A stretch of 64,000 nt of DNA from an uncultured delta proteobacterium (GCA_963755125.1 CAVWIP010000008.1:128001-192000), one strand, 5' to 3'. Shown: positions 32,463-43,014, counted from the first letter of the stretch. Numbers and translations are program-made. Notes: generated from the letters alone by a model not told the origin.

Positions 32463-35150
32463 TCACGCGACCTGCGGCCCGAGTCCCAAGGCGCGCTTTT
32501 CTGACTGCGCGGCCGGGGCGTTTGCCTGCGATCGCGCGGCGGGCGCCGCGGACATACGGTTGGCAGCCACGAACTGCTCGATGAAGGCAAGCGAGGGGTC
32601 CACCTGATCGACCTGAACCAGAATCAGGTCCCCCGGCAACAACATGCGCAGCCCTGTCTCTATGGCGTGAAATTCGCCTCGCGTCTCGATGATCTCGGCC
32701 ACCCGCGTGCTGCGTGCCAGTCCGCGGTGCATGAGCGACACCACTTCGCCGTCGGGCCGGCCGCGCGTGCACTTGTCCTCGTAGATGATCACGTGGTCGA
32801 AGCCGTTGCCGATGATCTCGGCCTGGCGAATAATGTCCACATTGCGCCGATCTCCCGCCGCGGTGTACACCACCACGCGCCGGTCGTGGGGCATGCGACC
32901 GATGGCATCGATGAGCGCCACCAGGGCGTCGGCGTTGTGCCCGTAGTCGACCACGATGGTTGCCCCTTCGTAATCCAGGACGTTGAACCGCCCCGGCGTG
33001 CTGCGGGTGTCGCTGGTGAATGTCGCCAGCGCCGCGCGCATCACCTCGCAAGGCACGCCCACCGACCAACCAGCGGCGGTTGCAGCCAGCACGTTGTCGA
33101 CCTGGAAGCCGATCTTGCCGTCGCGGGTGAGCGGCACCGCGGACAGGCTGGTCACCCGCTGCTCCCGGTTGCCCTCGACCAGCACCACCACGTCGTTGCG
33201 CACCACCACGGCACGGCCACCGCGGGCACGGTGAGCGACGATGAGCGGGTGCTGGGGGTCGCGAGAAAAGAAGATCGCGGAGCCCGGGCAATAGGGCGCC
33301 ATGGCCACGGTCATGGAGTCCTCCGCATTGAGCACGGCCGCGCCGGTGGGCGCCACGTTCTCCACCACCGTGCGCTTCACCTCGGCCAGTTGCTCCGCGG
33401 TGTCAATGCCTGCCATGCCCAGGTGGTCGCCCTCGCCGATGTTGGTGACAATGGCCACGTCACACATGTCGAAGCCGAGGCCCTCGCGCAGGATGCCCCC
33501 GCGCGCAGTCTCGAGCACGGCCGCATCCACGCGCGGGTTGAACAACACCGCGCGAGCACTGCGGGGTCCGCTGCAATCGTCTGTGTCGATGCGCCGGTCG
33601 TCGATGTAGATACCGTCGGTGCAGGCCATTCCGACGTGCCGACCGGAAGCCCTCAGGATGTGGCCGACCATGCGCACCGTGGTTGTCTTGCCGTTGGTGC
33701 CGGCCACTGCCACGAGCGGGATGCGCCCGTTCTCTCCGGGCGGGAACATGGTGGACACGATGGCCTCGCCCACCGGCCGCGGCTTGCCCACCGACGGGTC
33801 CAGGTGCATGCGAAGCCCAGGCGCGGCGTTGACCTCAACCACAATTCCACCCTGCTCTTCCATGGGCCGGCTGATGTCGCAGCAGATCACGTCCACGCCC
33901 GCGATATCCAGCCCGATGACCCGAGCCGCGTCCACCGCGCGTGCGGCGTTCTCCGGGTGCACGCGGTCAGTCACGTCGGTGGCCGAGCCGCCCGTGCTCA
34001 GGTTGCCGTTCTGGCGCAGAAATACCTGCGTGCCGGCCGCCGGGATCGAACCAGGCGTGTAGCCCTGACCGGCCAGCACGGCCAGCCCGATCACATCGAG
34101 GCGCATCTTGCTCAGTGAGGTGGAGTGGTCCTCGCCCCGGCAGGGGTCCGCGTTGACGACCGCCACCAGCTCGGCCACTGTGGACTTGCCGTCGCCCTGC
34201 ACGCAGGGCGGATCGCGACGGGCCGCCGCAATCATCCGGTCACCCACCACCAACAACCGGTGATCGGCACCCGGGGCGAAGCATTCCACCATCACCGACG
34301 AGCCCTCGGCCCGCGCGGCCTGGAATGCGGCATGAACCTGCTCGCGCGTCGTCAGGTTGACGGCGACGCCGCGACCCTGATTGCCGTGCTGGGGCTTCAC
34401 CACCACCGGAACACCAATCTCCTGTGCCAGCTCCCAAGCCTCATCGGCGTCCTTGACCGGGCCGCCTGACGGCACGGGCACGCCCACCGATCGAAGCAGG
34501 AGCTTGGTCAGTTCCTTGTCTTGAGCGATGGATTCTCCGATGGCGCTGGTGCGATCGGTCTCAGCCGCCAAAATGCGTCGCTGGCGCGAACCCCAGCCAA
34601 GCTGAACCAGACTGCCCCCGTTCAGCCGGCGAGTGGGCACCCCCCGTGCCTCGGCTGCACGCACGATGGCCCGGGTGCTGGGACCGAGGCGCAGATCCTC
34701 GTCCATCGAACGTAGCTTCTTGAGAGTGGCAAGCACGTCGAAGCTCTGCTCGGCCAGGACGGTATCGATGACCTGGACCGCCGCTTCCACAGCCGCACGT
34801 GCCACGTCCTCCTCGCGATACTCCACCACCACCTTGAACACGCCCGCTCCGTTGGTCGCGGTCGTCCTGCTGAAGGACACCGGCACCCGTGCCCCCTTCT
34901 GCAGCGCCATCGCCACACGCTCCAACACGTGCGCCAGGGTGGCACCTTCGCCGGCCGCGCTGGCCCGATCGCCCTCGGCCCATTGCGCCCCGGAAAACGT
35001 GTCAGGAAAAAGGTCGTGCAGGCGCTTCTCGACTCCTGGGAACTCGGCCACGGTCAAGTTGTCCGGGCCAAGGTCGACGGTTACCTCAAGCGCGGTACGA
35101 CGACTCCAGACATTGGGTCCCCTAAGTGCGCGAATTCTGGTGAGTTGCAT
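32463..35150 (-). CDS. cphA: Cyanophycin synthetase paralogue 2
   Basis: LRGPNVWS, LGPST, KPQHGNQGRGV, NLSTGG, EVNAAPGLRMH, GTNGKTT, ETARGGILREGL, DYGHN. Confidence 0.95.
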   Translation of the reverse strand: MQLTRIRALRGPNVWSRRTALEVTVDLGPDNLTVAEFPGVEKRLHDLFPDTFSGAQWAEGDRASAAGEGATLAHVLERVAMALQKGARVPVSFSRTTATNGAGVFKVVVEYREEDVARAAVEAAVQVIDTVLAEQSFDVLATLKKLRSMDEDLRLGPSTRAIVRAAEARGVPTRRLNGGSLVQLGWGSRQRRILAAETDRTSAIGESIAQDKELTKLLLRSVGVPVPSGGPVKDADEAWELAQEIGVPVVVKPQHGNQGRGVAVNLTTREQVHAAFQAARAEGSSVMVECFAPGADHRLLVVGDRMIAAARRDPPCVQGDGKSTVAELVAVVNADPCRGEDHSTSLSKMRLDVIGLAVLAGQGYTPGSIPAAGTQVFLRQNGNLSTGGSATDVTDRVHPENAARAVDAARVIGLDIAGVDVICCDISRPMEEQGGIVVEVNAAPGLRMHLDPSVGKPRPVGEAIVSTMFPPGENGRIPLVAVAGTNGKTTTVRMVGHILRASGRHVGMACTDGIYIDDRRIDTDDCSGPRSARAVLFNPRVDAAVLETARGGILREGLGFDMCDVAIVTNIGEGDHLGMAGIDTAEQLAEVKRTVVENVAPTGAAVLNAEDSMTVAMAPYCPGSAIFFSRDPQHPLIVAHRARGGRAVVVRNDVVVLVEGNREQRVTSLSAVPLTRDGKIGFQVDNVLAATAAGWSVGVPCEVMRAALATFTSDTRSTPGRFNVLDYEGATIVVDYGHNADALVALIDAIGRMPHDRRVVVYTAAGDRRNVDIIRQAEIIGNGFDHVIIYEDKCTRGRPDGEVVSLMHRGLARSTRVAEIIETRGEFHAIETGLRMLLPGDLILVQVDQVDPSLAFIEQFVAANRMSAAPAARSQANAPAAQSEKRALGLGPQVA

Positions 35151-35170
35151 GGTGGCCGTCTTCGGGTTGG

Positions 35171-37882
35171 TCAGTTTTTCTTCGAATCCGGCCTTGATGA
35201 AGACCGGAGGGTCACTGGTAGTGCGACGGACCGCGAACGGGTTTTATTCGCAGCTCCGGCACCACCGCGTGCCTTTTTCTCTTCGCTGACCACGCCGACG
35301 GCCGATAACACAGCGAGACTCGATTCGATTTCACCGTCGAGAACCTGAACCAGCGCCAGTTCGCCCGGTTTGAGCAGGTCGACGGCATTTCCAACCGCCT
35401 CGCGATAGTCAGAAACATGAATGATCTCAGCCACTCGCTCTCCCAAAACGAGTCCTTTTCTCAGCAGGCCAGGCACATCGCCCTTGGCCCGGCCCGCGGC
35501 TGATGGGTCGTCGTACAGGATGACTCGGTCAAAGGCACCAGCCAGAATCTCTCCTTGCCGCACGATGTCCTCGTCCCGTCTCTGGTCGCCTGCCGAATAG
35601 ACCGCCGTGCGCCTCCGATGGGGAAAGCGCTCGAGCGCAGACACCACTGCGAGCAACGCAGAGACGTTGTGGCAGTCGTCGATCACCAGGGTTGCCTCGC
35701 CATAGGGCACGACGTTGAAGCGACAGGGGTCATCCTGCCGATCCGCGCGGAAGGTTTCCAGTCCCGTGCGGATGGCCTCATTGGGAAGACCCAGCGCCCA
35801 GGCCGCCGCGGCGGCCGCGAGGGCGTTCTCCACCTGGAAGGGCGCGCGCCCGGAGTAAGTGATGGGGATCTCGTTGATCGAGATCAGGTCGGTCTCCGAC
35901 GGTCCTTCGCCCAGAATCAACTTACCGTCGCGCACGAAGACCGCCCGCTTGCCTTGGCCGCGGTGCTCCTGCAGCGTCGGAGGCGTGCCATCGAGGGCAA
36001 AGAAGATCACCGAACCCGCGCACAGCGGCGCCATCTTCACCACCAGCGGATCGCTGGCATTGAGCACCGCAGAGCCGGTGGGCAAGACCACGTCCACCGG
36101 CGTGCGCTTGACCGTGAACACATCGTCTACGGTGTTCACGTTGTGCAGTCCCAGGTGATCGGCTTGACCGATGTTGGTCACCACCGCCACGTCGCAACGG
36201 TCGAAGCCAAGGCCCTCGCGCAGGATACCGCCGCGGGCGGCTTCGAACACCGCAGCCTCGACCTGCGGGTTGACCAGGATCTTGCGCGCGCTGCGCGGGC
36301 CGGCGCAGTCCCCGCCCTCGATGGTGCGGCCCGAAACGTCGATGCCGTCGCTGCAGGTCATGCCCACCGTGCGACCGGCCGAACGCAGGATGTGCGCCAC
36401 GAGACGGGTGACCGTGGTTTTGCCGTTGCTGCCGGTTACGCACACGATGGGGATGCGGCCGTTCTCGCCCGGCGGGAAAAGCGTGTCCACGATGGCCTCA
36501 CCCACCGGACGGGGCGCGCCCACCGAGGGTGCCAGGTGCATGGCCAGTCCTGGCCCGGCGTTAACCTCGACCACGACCCCGCCCTGGTCTTCCAGCCGCT
36601 GCGAGATGTCGCTCGCCACCACATCGAGCCCGGCCACGTCCAGACCGACGATCTGGGCCGCCAGGGCCGCGTGGGCGGCGATGCTCGGGTGAACCTGGTC
36701 GGTTACGTCGATGGACAGGTTGTCGCTGTACTGGACGACCACCGACTCGCCGGCCGCGGGCACGCTGTCGGGACGGTGGCCCTGGCGTTCCAGGTGCATG
36801 AGCGTGGTCTCATCCTTCAAAGTGATCCGGCACAGCGGACAGGATTCGTACGAGCCGCGCCTGGGATCGGAATTGATCTGATCGTCGACGAGCTGGGCCA
36901 CGGTTCGCTGGCCGTCACCGACGATGCTGGCGATGTCCCCGCGCGTGGCCGCCACCAGCTTGCCACCCACCACCAGCAGGCGGTGTTCGGCGCCCTCGGC
37001 GAACTTCTCGACAATCACGCCGCTGCCTTCGTGGGTCGCAATCTCGAACGCGGCACGCACCTGAGCCTCGCTGGTCAGGCTGGTGAACACGCCGCGGGCA
37101 TGGTTGCCATCGCGGGGCTTGACCACCACCGGCACGCCAATCTCCTCGGCCGCCTGCCAGGCATCGTCCGCGTCGCTGACCAGGCGGCCCTCGGGAACGG
37201 GAATTCCCCCGGCGCGCAGGAGGCTCTTGGTCAACTCCTTGTCCTGTGCAATCGATTCAGCCACCGCGCTGGTGCGGTCGGTTTCGGCCGTCCAGATGCG
37301 GCGCTGCTTGGCTCCCTGGCCGAGCTGCACCAGGCTGCCCTCGTTGAGCCGGCGCACCGGGATACCACGAGCATCGGCCGCGGCCACGATGGCGGCCGTG
37401 CTGGGGCCCAGGCACACGCGGTCGGCCAACTCGCGCAGCTTGCTCACCTCTTGCGCGACGTCGTAGGGGCTGTCGTGGATGGCGGCCAGCACCAGCTCGC
37501 GGGCGGCGAGCAGGCAGGCGCGGGCCAGCCTCTCGTCACGGTAGCGCACCACCACCCGGTACACGCCCTCTTCCGCCGTCTCGCGCGCGCGGCCGTACCC
37601 GACGGTGGAGCCGGCCAGGTTCTGCAACTCGATGCAGACGTGTTCCAGGATATGCGCGGGATAGGTGCCCTCGCGCAGACGCTGGAAGAACCCGCCGCGC
37701 TCACCCACGCTGCAGCGGTGCTCGATCATGGTCGGCAACCACGCCATCAGCCGGTCATTCAATCCGGGTATGGAATCAGACGGTCTGTCGCTGAGGTCCT
37801 TGAGATCCACCCACGCTTCCAACACCGGGTGCCGCGACCAGATGTTGGGGCCGCGCAGGGCCAAGATTCTGCGGATCTCCAT
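35171..37882 (-). CDS. cphA: Cyanophycin synthetase paralogue 1
   Basis: LRGPNIWS, Cx19HILEH, LGPST, KPRDGNHARGV, EVNAGPGL, GSNGKTT, RGGILREGL; ATG at 37882. Confidence 0.94.
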   Translation of the reverse strand: MEIRRILALRGPNIWSRHPVLEAWVDLKDLSDRPSDSIPGLNDRLMAWLPTMIEHRCSVGERGGFFQRLREGTYPAHILEHVCIELQNLAGSTVGYGRARETAEEGVYRVVVRYRDERLARACLLAARELVLAAIHDSPYDVAQEVSKLRELADRVCLGPSTAAIVAAADARGIPVRRLNEGSLVQLGQGAKQRRIWTAETDRTSAVAESIAQDKELTKSLLRAGGIPVPEGRLVSDADDAWQAAEEIGVPVVVKPRDGNHARGVFTSLTSEAQVRAAFEIATHEGSGVIVEKFAEGAEHRLLVVGGKLVAATRGDIASIVGDGQRTVAQLVDDQINSDPRRGSYESCPLCRITLKDETTLMHLERQGHRPDSVPAAGESVVVQYSDNLSIDVTDQVHPSIAAHAALAAQIVGLDVAGLDVVASDISQRLEDQGGVVVEVNAGPGLAMHLAPSVGAPRPVGEAIVDTLFPPGENGRIPIVCVTGSNGKTTVTRLVAHILRSAGRTVGMTCSDGIDVSGRTIEGGDCAGPRSARKILVNPQVEAAVFEAARGGILREGLGFDRCDVAVVTNIGQADHLGLHNVNTVDDVFTVKRTPVDVVLPTGSAVLNASDPLVVKMAPLCAGSVIFFALDGTPPTLQEHRGQGKRAVFVRDGKLILGEGPSETDLISINEIPITYSGRAPFQVENALAAAAAAWALGLPNEAIRTGLETFRADRQDDPCRFNVVPYGEATLVIDDCHNVSALLAVVSALERFPHRRRTAVYSAGDQRRDEDIVRQGEILAGAFDRVILYDDPSAAGRAKGDVPGLLRKGLVLGERVAEIIHVSDYREAVGNAVDLLKPGELALVQVLDGEIESSLAVLSAVGVVSEEKKARGGAGAANKTRSRSVALPVTLRSSSRPDSKKN

Positions 37883-38030
37883 GGATGGTTCCTTGAATGA
37901 CCGATGCACGATGACGTCTAAGAGACTAATCCAATCTGTGTCACGGCGAGCGCCGTGGTGTATTTTGGGCTGAAATTTCGTCGACGGCGGCAAAGAAGGC
38001 ACCCCACGTGGGGACATTGAGCAGCGCACC

Positions 38031-40346
38031 TTGACCGAATCCGAAGCAACCTGCAACCAGCTCCCTGAGCCCTTGCGCGGCATCGTGCAGAGTCTGCTTG
38101 CACCGGGTGAATCCCTGCGCGCGGTGTTCCAGCCCGATCTGGATGACCGGCTGAAGTACTGCGAGGGGCTGGTGGTGCTCACCGACCGCCGCCTGCTGGC
38201 GCGCGAAGACGGCGAAGTGCGCGCGTGGCCGCTTCATCAGGTGGCGCGGCTGCAGGCGCGCGACCGGGGCGGACTGGGCACTCTGGAAGCACTCAGCCCC
38301 AGCGCGCGTTTGGCATGTTGGCACCACACTGTGGGCCGGGCTGGCGCTGCCCGCAATCTGGCGGATGTTTTCGACCGCCTGGCCGCCGGCCACGCGCCCG
38401 GCGATCTCGGACGGGACGATGAATTGGCTGTGCCCGAAGGCGAGAAACCGTCGGCGCCCGCCAACGTGCGTTCGCTCTTCCGTCTGTTTCGCTTTGCCCG
38501 CGCCCACACCGCCGCGCTGGTGCTTGGCCTTGTGCTCACTCTCGGCGGAACCGCCGCCGGCTTGGTCCCGCCCTATCTGACCTGGCCTCTGGTCGACAAG
38601 GTGCTGGAGCCTTACCAGGACCACGTCAAAGAGCTGCGCTCCGCCTCCGCGACCAGCGACCACCAGGCAGGCTTGCGCAGCATCGAACGAGAACGTGACG
38701 CCGGATTCCGCCGCGTCGGCTTCTATCTTTTTGCCTTTGCCGGCGCGTCGCTGCTCGCCTGGGCGCTGGGCTGGGCCCAGGGCTGGGTGCTGGCCTGGGT
38801 CAGCGAGCGCATCAGCGCGGATCTGCGCAACACCACCTATGCCCACCTGCAGAAGCTGTCGCTGGAGTTCTTCGGCACCAAGCGCACCGGCGATCTGGTG
38901 GCCCGCATCAGCAGCGACACCGACCGCATCTGCAATTTCCTCTCCGACACCTTGGTCGACTTCATCGCCGACGTGCTGATGATCGTGGGCACCGCGGTGG
39001 TGCTCATCAGCATCGACCCCATCCTGGCCGCCGCCACACTCTGCACCTTCCCCATCATCGCCTGGCTGACCGTGCACCTGCGCGACCGGCTGACCCACGG
39101 CTTTCTGCACGGCGGCCGCGCCTGGGCCGAGATGACCAGCATCCTGGCCGACACCATTCCGGGTATCCGCGTGGTGAAAGCCTTCGCGCAAGAGAAGCGG
39201 GAAGCTGAGCGCTTCGGCGCCGCCAACCTGCGCATCATCGCGGCCAATGACCGGGTCAACAAGGTGTGGACGTTTTTCTGGCCCGCGGTGGCCTTGCTCA
39301 ACCAGGTCGGCTTGCTGGTGGTGTGGGTGGTCGGCGCCTGGGAGGTGTTCAGCGGCCGCGTGACAGTCGGCGTGCTGGTGGCTTTCTTGGCCTACATTGG
39401 CCGTTTCTACGCGCGGCTCGAGTCCATGAGCCGCATGGCCACCAACACGCAGAAGGCGGCGGCCAGCAGCCAGCGCCTGTTCGAGATCCTGGACCGGCCG
39501 CCGGGCGTGCCCGAGCCGGCGCATCCCGTGCATCCTGGCAAGATCCGCGGCGCCATCGAGGTACACAATGCCAGCTTCCGCTTCGGCAGCCGGCAAGTCA
39601 TCGACGCCGTCAGCCTGCAGGTGCAGCCGGGCGAGATGATCGGCCTGGTGGGCACCACCGGCGCAGGCAAGAGCACTCTGGTCAATCTGGTCTGCCGTTT
39701 CTACGACGTGAGCGAGGGCGCCGTGCTGGTCGATGGGACCGACATCCGTTCTTTCCCCATTGCCGAGTACCGCCGGAGCATTGGCATTGTCTTGCAAGAC
39801 CCTTTCCTCTTCTGGGGCACCATCGCGGAGAACATCGCGTACGGAAAACCCGAGGCCACGCGCGCCGAGATCGTGGCCGCGGCGCGGGCCGCGCGCGCGC
39901 ACGAGTTCATCCTGCAGCTTTCCGACGGCTACGATTCCATGGTGGGCGAGCGCGGCCACACCCTGTCGGGCGGAGAGCGCCAGCGCATCTCCATCGCGCG
40001 CGCCCTGCTCATCGACCCGAGCATCCTCATCCTCGACGAAGCGACCTCGTCGGTGGACACGCAAACCGAACGCGAGATCCAGGAGGCGCTCGACAATCTG
40101 GTGCGCGGCCGCACCACCATCGCGATCGCTCACCGGCTGAGCACCTTGCACCAGGCGAGTCGGCTGGTCGTGCTCGAGCACGGCCGCATCGTCGAGGTGG
40201 GACAGCACGCCGATCTGCTCGCCGCGGGCGGCCGCTACGCGCAGCTTTACCAGGCACAGATGCAGCGTGGACAGGCGCTGGGAAGTCCCGAGCCGCCGCG
40301 GGAAGTGCCGCCAGCCCTGACCGACCGCGAGGGAGGTGACGCGTGA
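38031..40346 (+). CDS. ABC exporter (fused TMD+NBD) with an extra N-terminal domain; cyanophycin-locus-associated type
   Basis: TM helices; GTTGAGKST, LSGGERQR, ILILDE, IAHRL; ~140-aa soluble N-terminal extension. Confidence 0.93.
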   Translation: MTESEATCNQLPEPLRGIVQSLLAPGESLRAVFQPDLDDRLKYCEGLVVLTDRRLLAREDGEVRAWPLHQVARLQARDRGGLGTLEALSPSARLACWHHTVGRAGAARNLADVFDRLAAGHAPGDLGRDDELAVPEGEKPSAPANVRSLFRLFRFARAHTAALVLGLVLTLGGTAAGLVPPYLTWPLVDKVLEPYQDHVKELRSASATSDHQAGLRSIERERDAGFRRVGFYLFAFAGASLLAWALGWAQGWVLAWVSERISADLRNTTYAHLQKLSLEFFGTKRTGDLVARISSDTDRICNFLSDTLVDFIADVLMIVGTAVVLISIDPILAAATLCTFPIIAWLTVHLRDRLTHGFLHGGRAWAEMTSILADTIPGIRVVKAFAQEKREAERFGAANLRIIAANDRVNKVWTFFWPAVALLNQVGLLVVWVVGAWEVFSGRVTVGVLVAFLAYIGRFYARLESMSRMATNTQKAAASSQRLFEILDRPPGVPEPAHPVHPGKIRGAIEVHNASFRFGSRQVIDAVSLQVQPGEMIGLVGTTGAGKSTLVNLVCRFYDVSEGAVLVDGTDIRSFPIAEYRRSIGIVLQDPFLFWGTIAENIAYGKPEATRAEIVAAARAARAHEFILQLSDGYDSMVGERGHTLSGGERQRISIARALLIDPSILILDEATSSVDTQTEREIQEALDNLVRGRTTIAIAHRLSTLHQASRLVVLEHGRIVEVGQHADLLAAGGRYAQLYQAQMQRGQALGSPEPPREVPPALTDREGGDA

Positions 40347-40825
40347 AGGACGCCAGCGCAGCCCTCCCGATTCGCCTACACCACGACGCCTTTGGCCGGC
40401 TGGTCGTGACCATGCCCGACGGGCAAAGCCACAGCGGTGTCGTGCCTGTTCACGCCTTCCCCTTTTCCGCGCCCGAACAATGGATTTCCCTGTGCGACGA
40501 AACCGGCCACGAAGTCCTCTGTCTGACCGACCTGGCCGATGTTTCGGCCGAAACCCGCGAGCAACTTTCCGCCGAGCTGGCCCGGCGCGAGTTCATCCCG
40601 CGCATCCTGTGCATCCTGCGCGTGGTCGAGGGCGGCGGCTGCAGCCAGTGGTTCGTCAAGAGCGACCGCGGCGACACCAATTTCGAGCTGACCAGCGAGG
40701 ACAACATCCGTCGCATGGGCAGCGATGGTGCCTTGCTGATCGACAGCCACGGCATCCGCTACCGCATCACCTCGGTGCCGCAACTGGATGCGCACAGCCG
40801 GAAGATCTTGCGCCAGTACCTGTGA
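40343..40825 (+). CDS. DUF1854-like protein
   Basis: GRL, PVHAFP, REFIPRI, W.V.SDRG.T.F, IDSHGIRY; GTGA overlap with the ABC gene. Confidence 0.85.
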   Translation: MKDASAALPIRLHHDAFGRLVVTMPDGQSHSGVVPVHAFPFSAPEQWISLCDETGHEVLCLTDLADVSAETREQLSAELARREFIPRILCILRVVEGGGCSQWFVKSDRGDTNFELTSEDNIRRMGSDGALLIDSHGIRYRITSVPQLDAHSRKILRQYL

Positions 40826-41100
40826 AGATGCTGGCCCGCCCGATGGCCTCGGTCCAGCGAGGATTCGGACGTCTGGCTGCAAAGGAGCTGAGCCAGGAGG
40901 GGTAGGGTTGGTCAGCCAGGCTCGCGGCCCAAAGGGTTTTCAGCTACGCCCTGTGCCCATATCTTCCCACAGAGGCTATCGTCGAGAGTGGACTAGGCGC
41001 AACGCCCCATAGCGGCAGGACGACCGCATGTCGCCGCTACGGCTGTTCACAAGGCGCGGGATCCGATAATGTGCGCCGCAACTTTGAACGAGGACGCAAC

Positions 41101-41904
41101 ATGAACGTGCAGAATATCGTCGTGGCAGGCAAGAGCGGCGCGGGCAAGCAGCCGCGCGTGGACGTGCTGGTGCAGACCTACGGCCTGCGGCAGCTCGCCA
41201 CGGGGAACATCTTTCGAGAGTACCTGGGCACCTTCAACAAGGTGCGCGGCAACGCCAAGACCGATGGTCTGTGGATCGACGGCAAGTTCGCAGCCGACAC
41301 GGCAATTCGCCAGGCTCTGGCTCCCGCATGCGCCAAGGCGGCTGTGGATGTCGATGCGGCGATGCTGGGATTCAAGGCGGCCCAATACGTGGATCGTGGC
41401 CGCTTCGTGCCCGACGAGATCACCAACGCGCTTCTGGCAGCGGCCTTTCGCGCCGGCAACGGCAAGGGCTTCGTGCTGGACGGCTACCCGCGCACGCCTG
41501 AGCAATCGGACTTTCTGCTCGCCCTGGCCAAGGATTGCGGCACGCGCATCGATCTGGTGCTCATCGTCGACAACGAGGACGAAGCCATCGTGGCCCGCAC
41601 CATCGGCCGGCGCGTGTGCCCCAACAAGTCCTGCGCCAAGGTCTTCCACCTGCAGTTCAAGCCGCCCACGCCCGACGGCAAGTGCACGGCGTGCGGCACC
41701 CCGGTGGTGCAGCGATCCGACGACACCGAAGAAAAGATCCGCACTCGCCTGGCGGAATTCCAGAGCAAGGCCCTGCCCGCCATCAAGCGCCTGTCAGCCG
41801 CCGGGATCCCGACCGTGTCGGTTCCGGGCAACCTGCCGGTGTTCACCGACCAGGCGGTCAAGGACAGCGTACTCGCCGTGGTCCAGCCTGCGCTCGCGCG
41901 CTAG
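41101..41904 (+). CDS. adk: Adenylate kinase family, Zn-lid type, with insertion
   Basis: GKSGAGK, TGNIFR, VPDE, LDGYPR, CPNKSC...CTAC, QRSDD. Confidence 0.85.
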   Translation: MNVQNIVVAGKSGAGKQPRVDVLVQTYGLRQLATGNIFREYLGTFNKVRGNAKTDGLWIDGKFAADTAIRQALAPACAKAAVDVDAAMLGFKAAQYVDRGRFVPDEITNALLAAAFRAGNGKGFVLDGYPRTPEQSDFLLALAKDCGTRIDLVLIVDNEDEAIVARTIGRRVCPNKSCAKVFHLQFKPPTPDGKCTACGTPVVQRSDDTEEKIRTRLAEFQSKALPAIKRLSAAGIPTVSVPGNLPVFTDQAVKDSVLAVVQPALAR

Positions 41905-41934
41905 ACAGGCTGGATCGGGTAGACTTCGGTGTGC

Positions 41935-42909
41935 ATGGAAAAAAACTCGCGCATCTATGTCGCCGGCAACCGCGGCCTGGTCGGCTCGGCCATCGAGCGC
42001 CGCCTGCGCCGTGAGTATGACAATGTCATCACCAGCGACATCGCGGACTTCGACCTCACCGATGCCCACGCCACCGATACCTTCTTCGCGCGCACGCAGC
42101 CGGAGTATGTTTTTCTCGCGGCGGCCAAGGTCGGCGGCATCAAGGCCAACGACACCTTTCCCGCCGATTTCATCCGCATCAACCTGCAGATCCAGACCAA
42201 CCTGATCGACGCGGTTTTTCGCCACAAGGTGCGCAAGCTGCTTTTCCTGGGCAGTTCCTGCATCTACCCCAAGCTGGCGCCGCAGCCTCTGAAAGAGGAG
42301 TGCCTGCTCACCGGCAAGCTGGAGCCCACCAACGATGCCTACGCCATCGCCAAGATCGCCGGCATCCTGATGTGCAAGAGCTACAACCGCCAGCACGGCA
42401 CCAATTTCATCGCCGCCATGCCCACCAACCTTTATGGCCCGGGCGACAACTTCAACCTGCAAACCAGCCACGTACTGCCGGCCTGGATTCGCAAGTTCCA
42501 CGAGGCCAAGGTGGCGGGCCAGGGCAGCGTGGAGTTGTGGGGCACCGGCAAGGTACGGCGCGAACTGCTCTACGTGGAGGACCTGGCGGACGCGCTGGTG
42601 TTCCTGATGAACCACTTCGACGCTGGGCGCGAGCGCGAAGACGAGAAGATGTTCGTCAACGTGGGGCTGGGCGAAGACATCGTGCTGCGCGATCTGGCTG
42701 AGCTGGTGCGCGGTATCGTGGGCTATTCGGGCGGCGTTGTCTGGAACGAGGCGATGCCTGACGGAACGCCTCGCAAGCTGCTCGACGTGGGCCGGCTGCA
42801 CGCCCTGGGTTGGAAGGCGCAACACACCCTGGAGGCAGGCATCCGAAAAACCTACGCCTGGTATCTGGAGAACGTCGCGACCAAACCGGAAATGAGATCG
42901 CGCACGTAG
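41935..42909 (+). CDS. fcl: GDP-L-fucose synthase
   Basis: GNRGLVGS, AAAKVGGI, LGSSCIYP, YAIAK, PTNLYGP, PDGTPRK. Confidence 0.96.
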   Translation: MEKNSRIYVAGNRGLVGSAIERRLRREYDNVITSDIADFDLTDAHATDTFFARTQPEYVFLAAAKVGGIKANDTFPADFIRINLQIQTNLIDAVFRHKVRKLLFLGSSCIYPKLAPQPLKEECLLTGKLEPTNDAYAIAKIAGILMCKSYNRQHGTNFIAAMPTNLYGPGDNFNLQTSHVLPAWIRKFHEAKVAGQGSVELWGTGKVRRELLYVEDLADALVFLMNHFDAGREREDEKMFVNVGLGEDIVLRDLAELVRGIVGYSGGVVWNEAMPDGTPRKLLDVGRLHALGWKAQHTLEAGIRKTYAWYLENVATKPEMRSRT

Positions 42910-43014
42910 CACGCCACCGCCGGTCGCGAGACTCGATTCTACTGTCGACTCTCGTTGACTGTGTGCCGTGCGTACCGTAGGTACTTGGTAGGCACCAGCC
43001 CCGACGAGACACCG

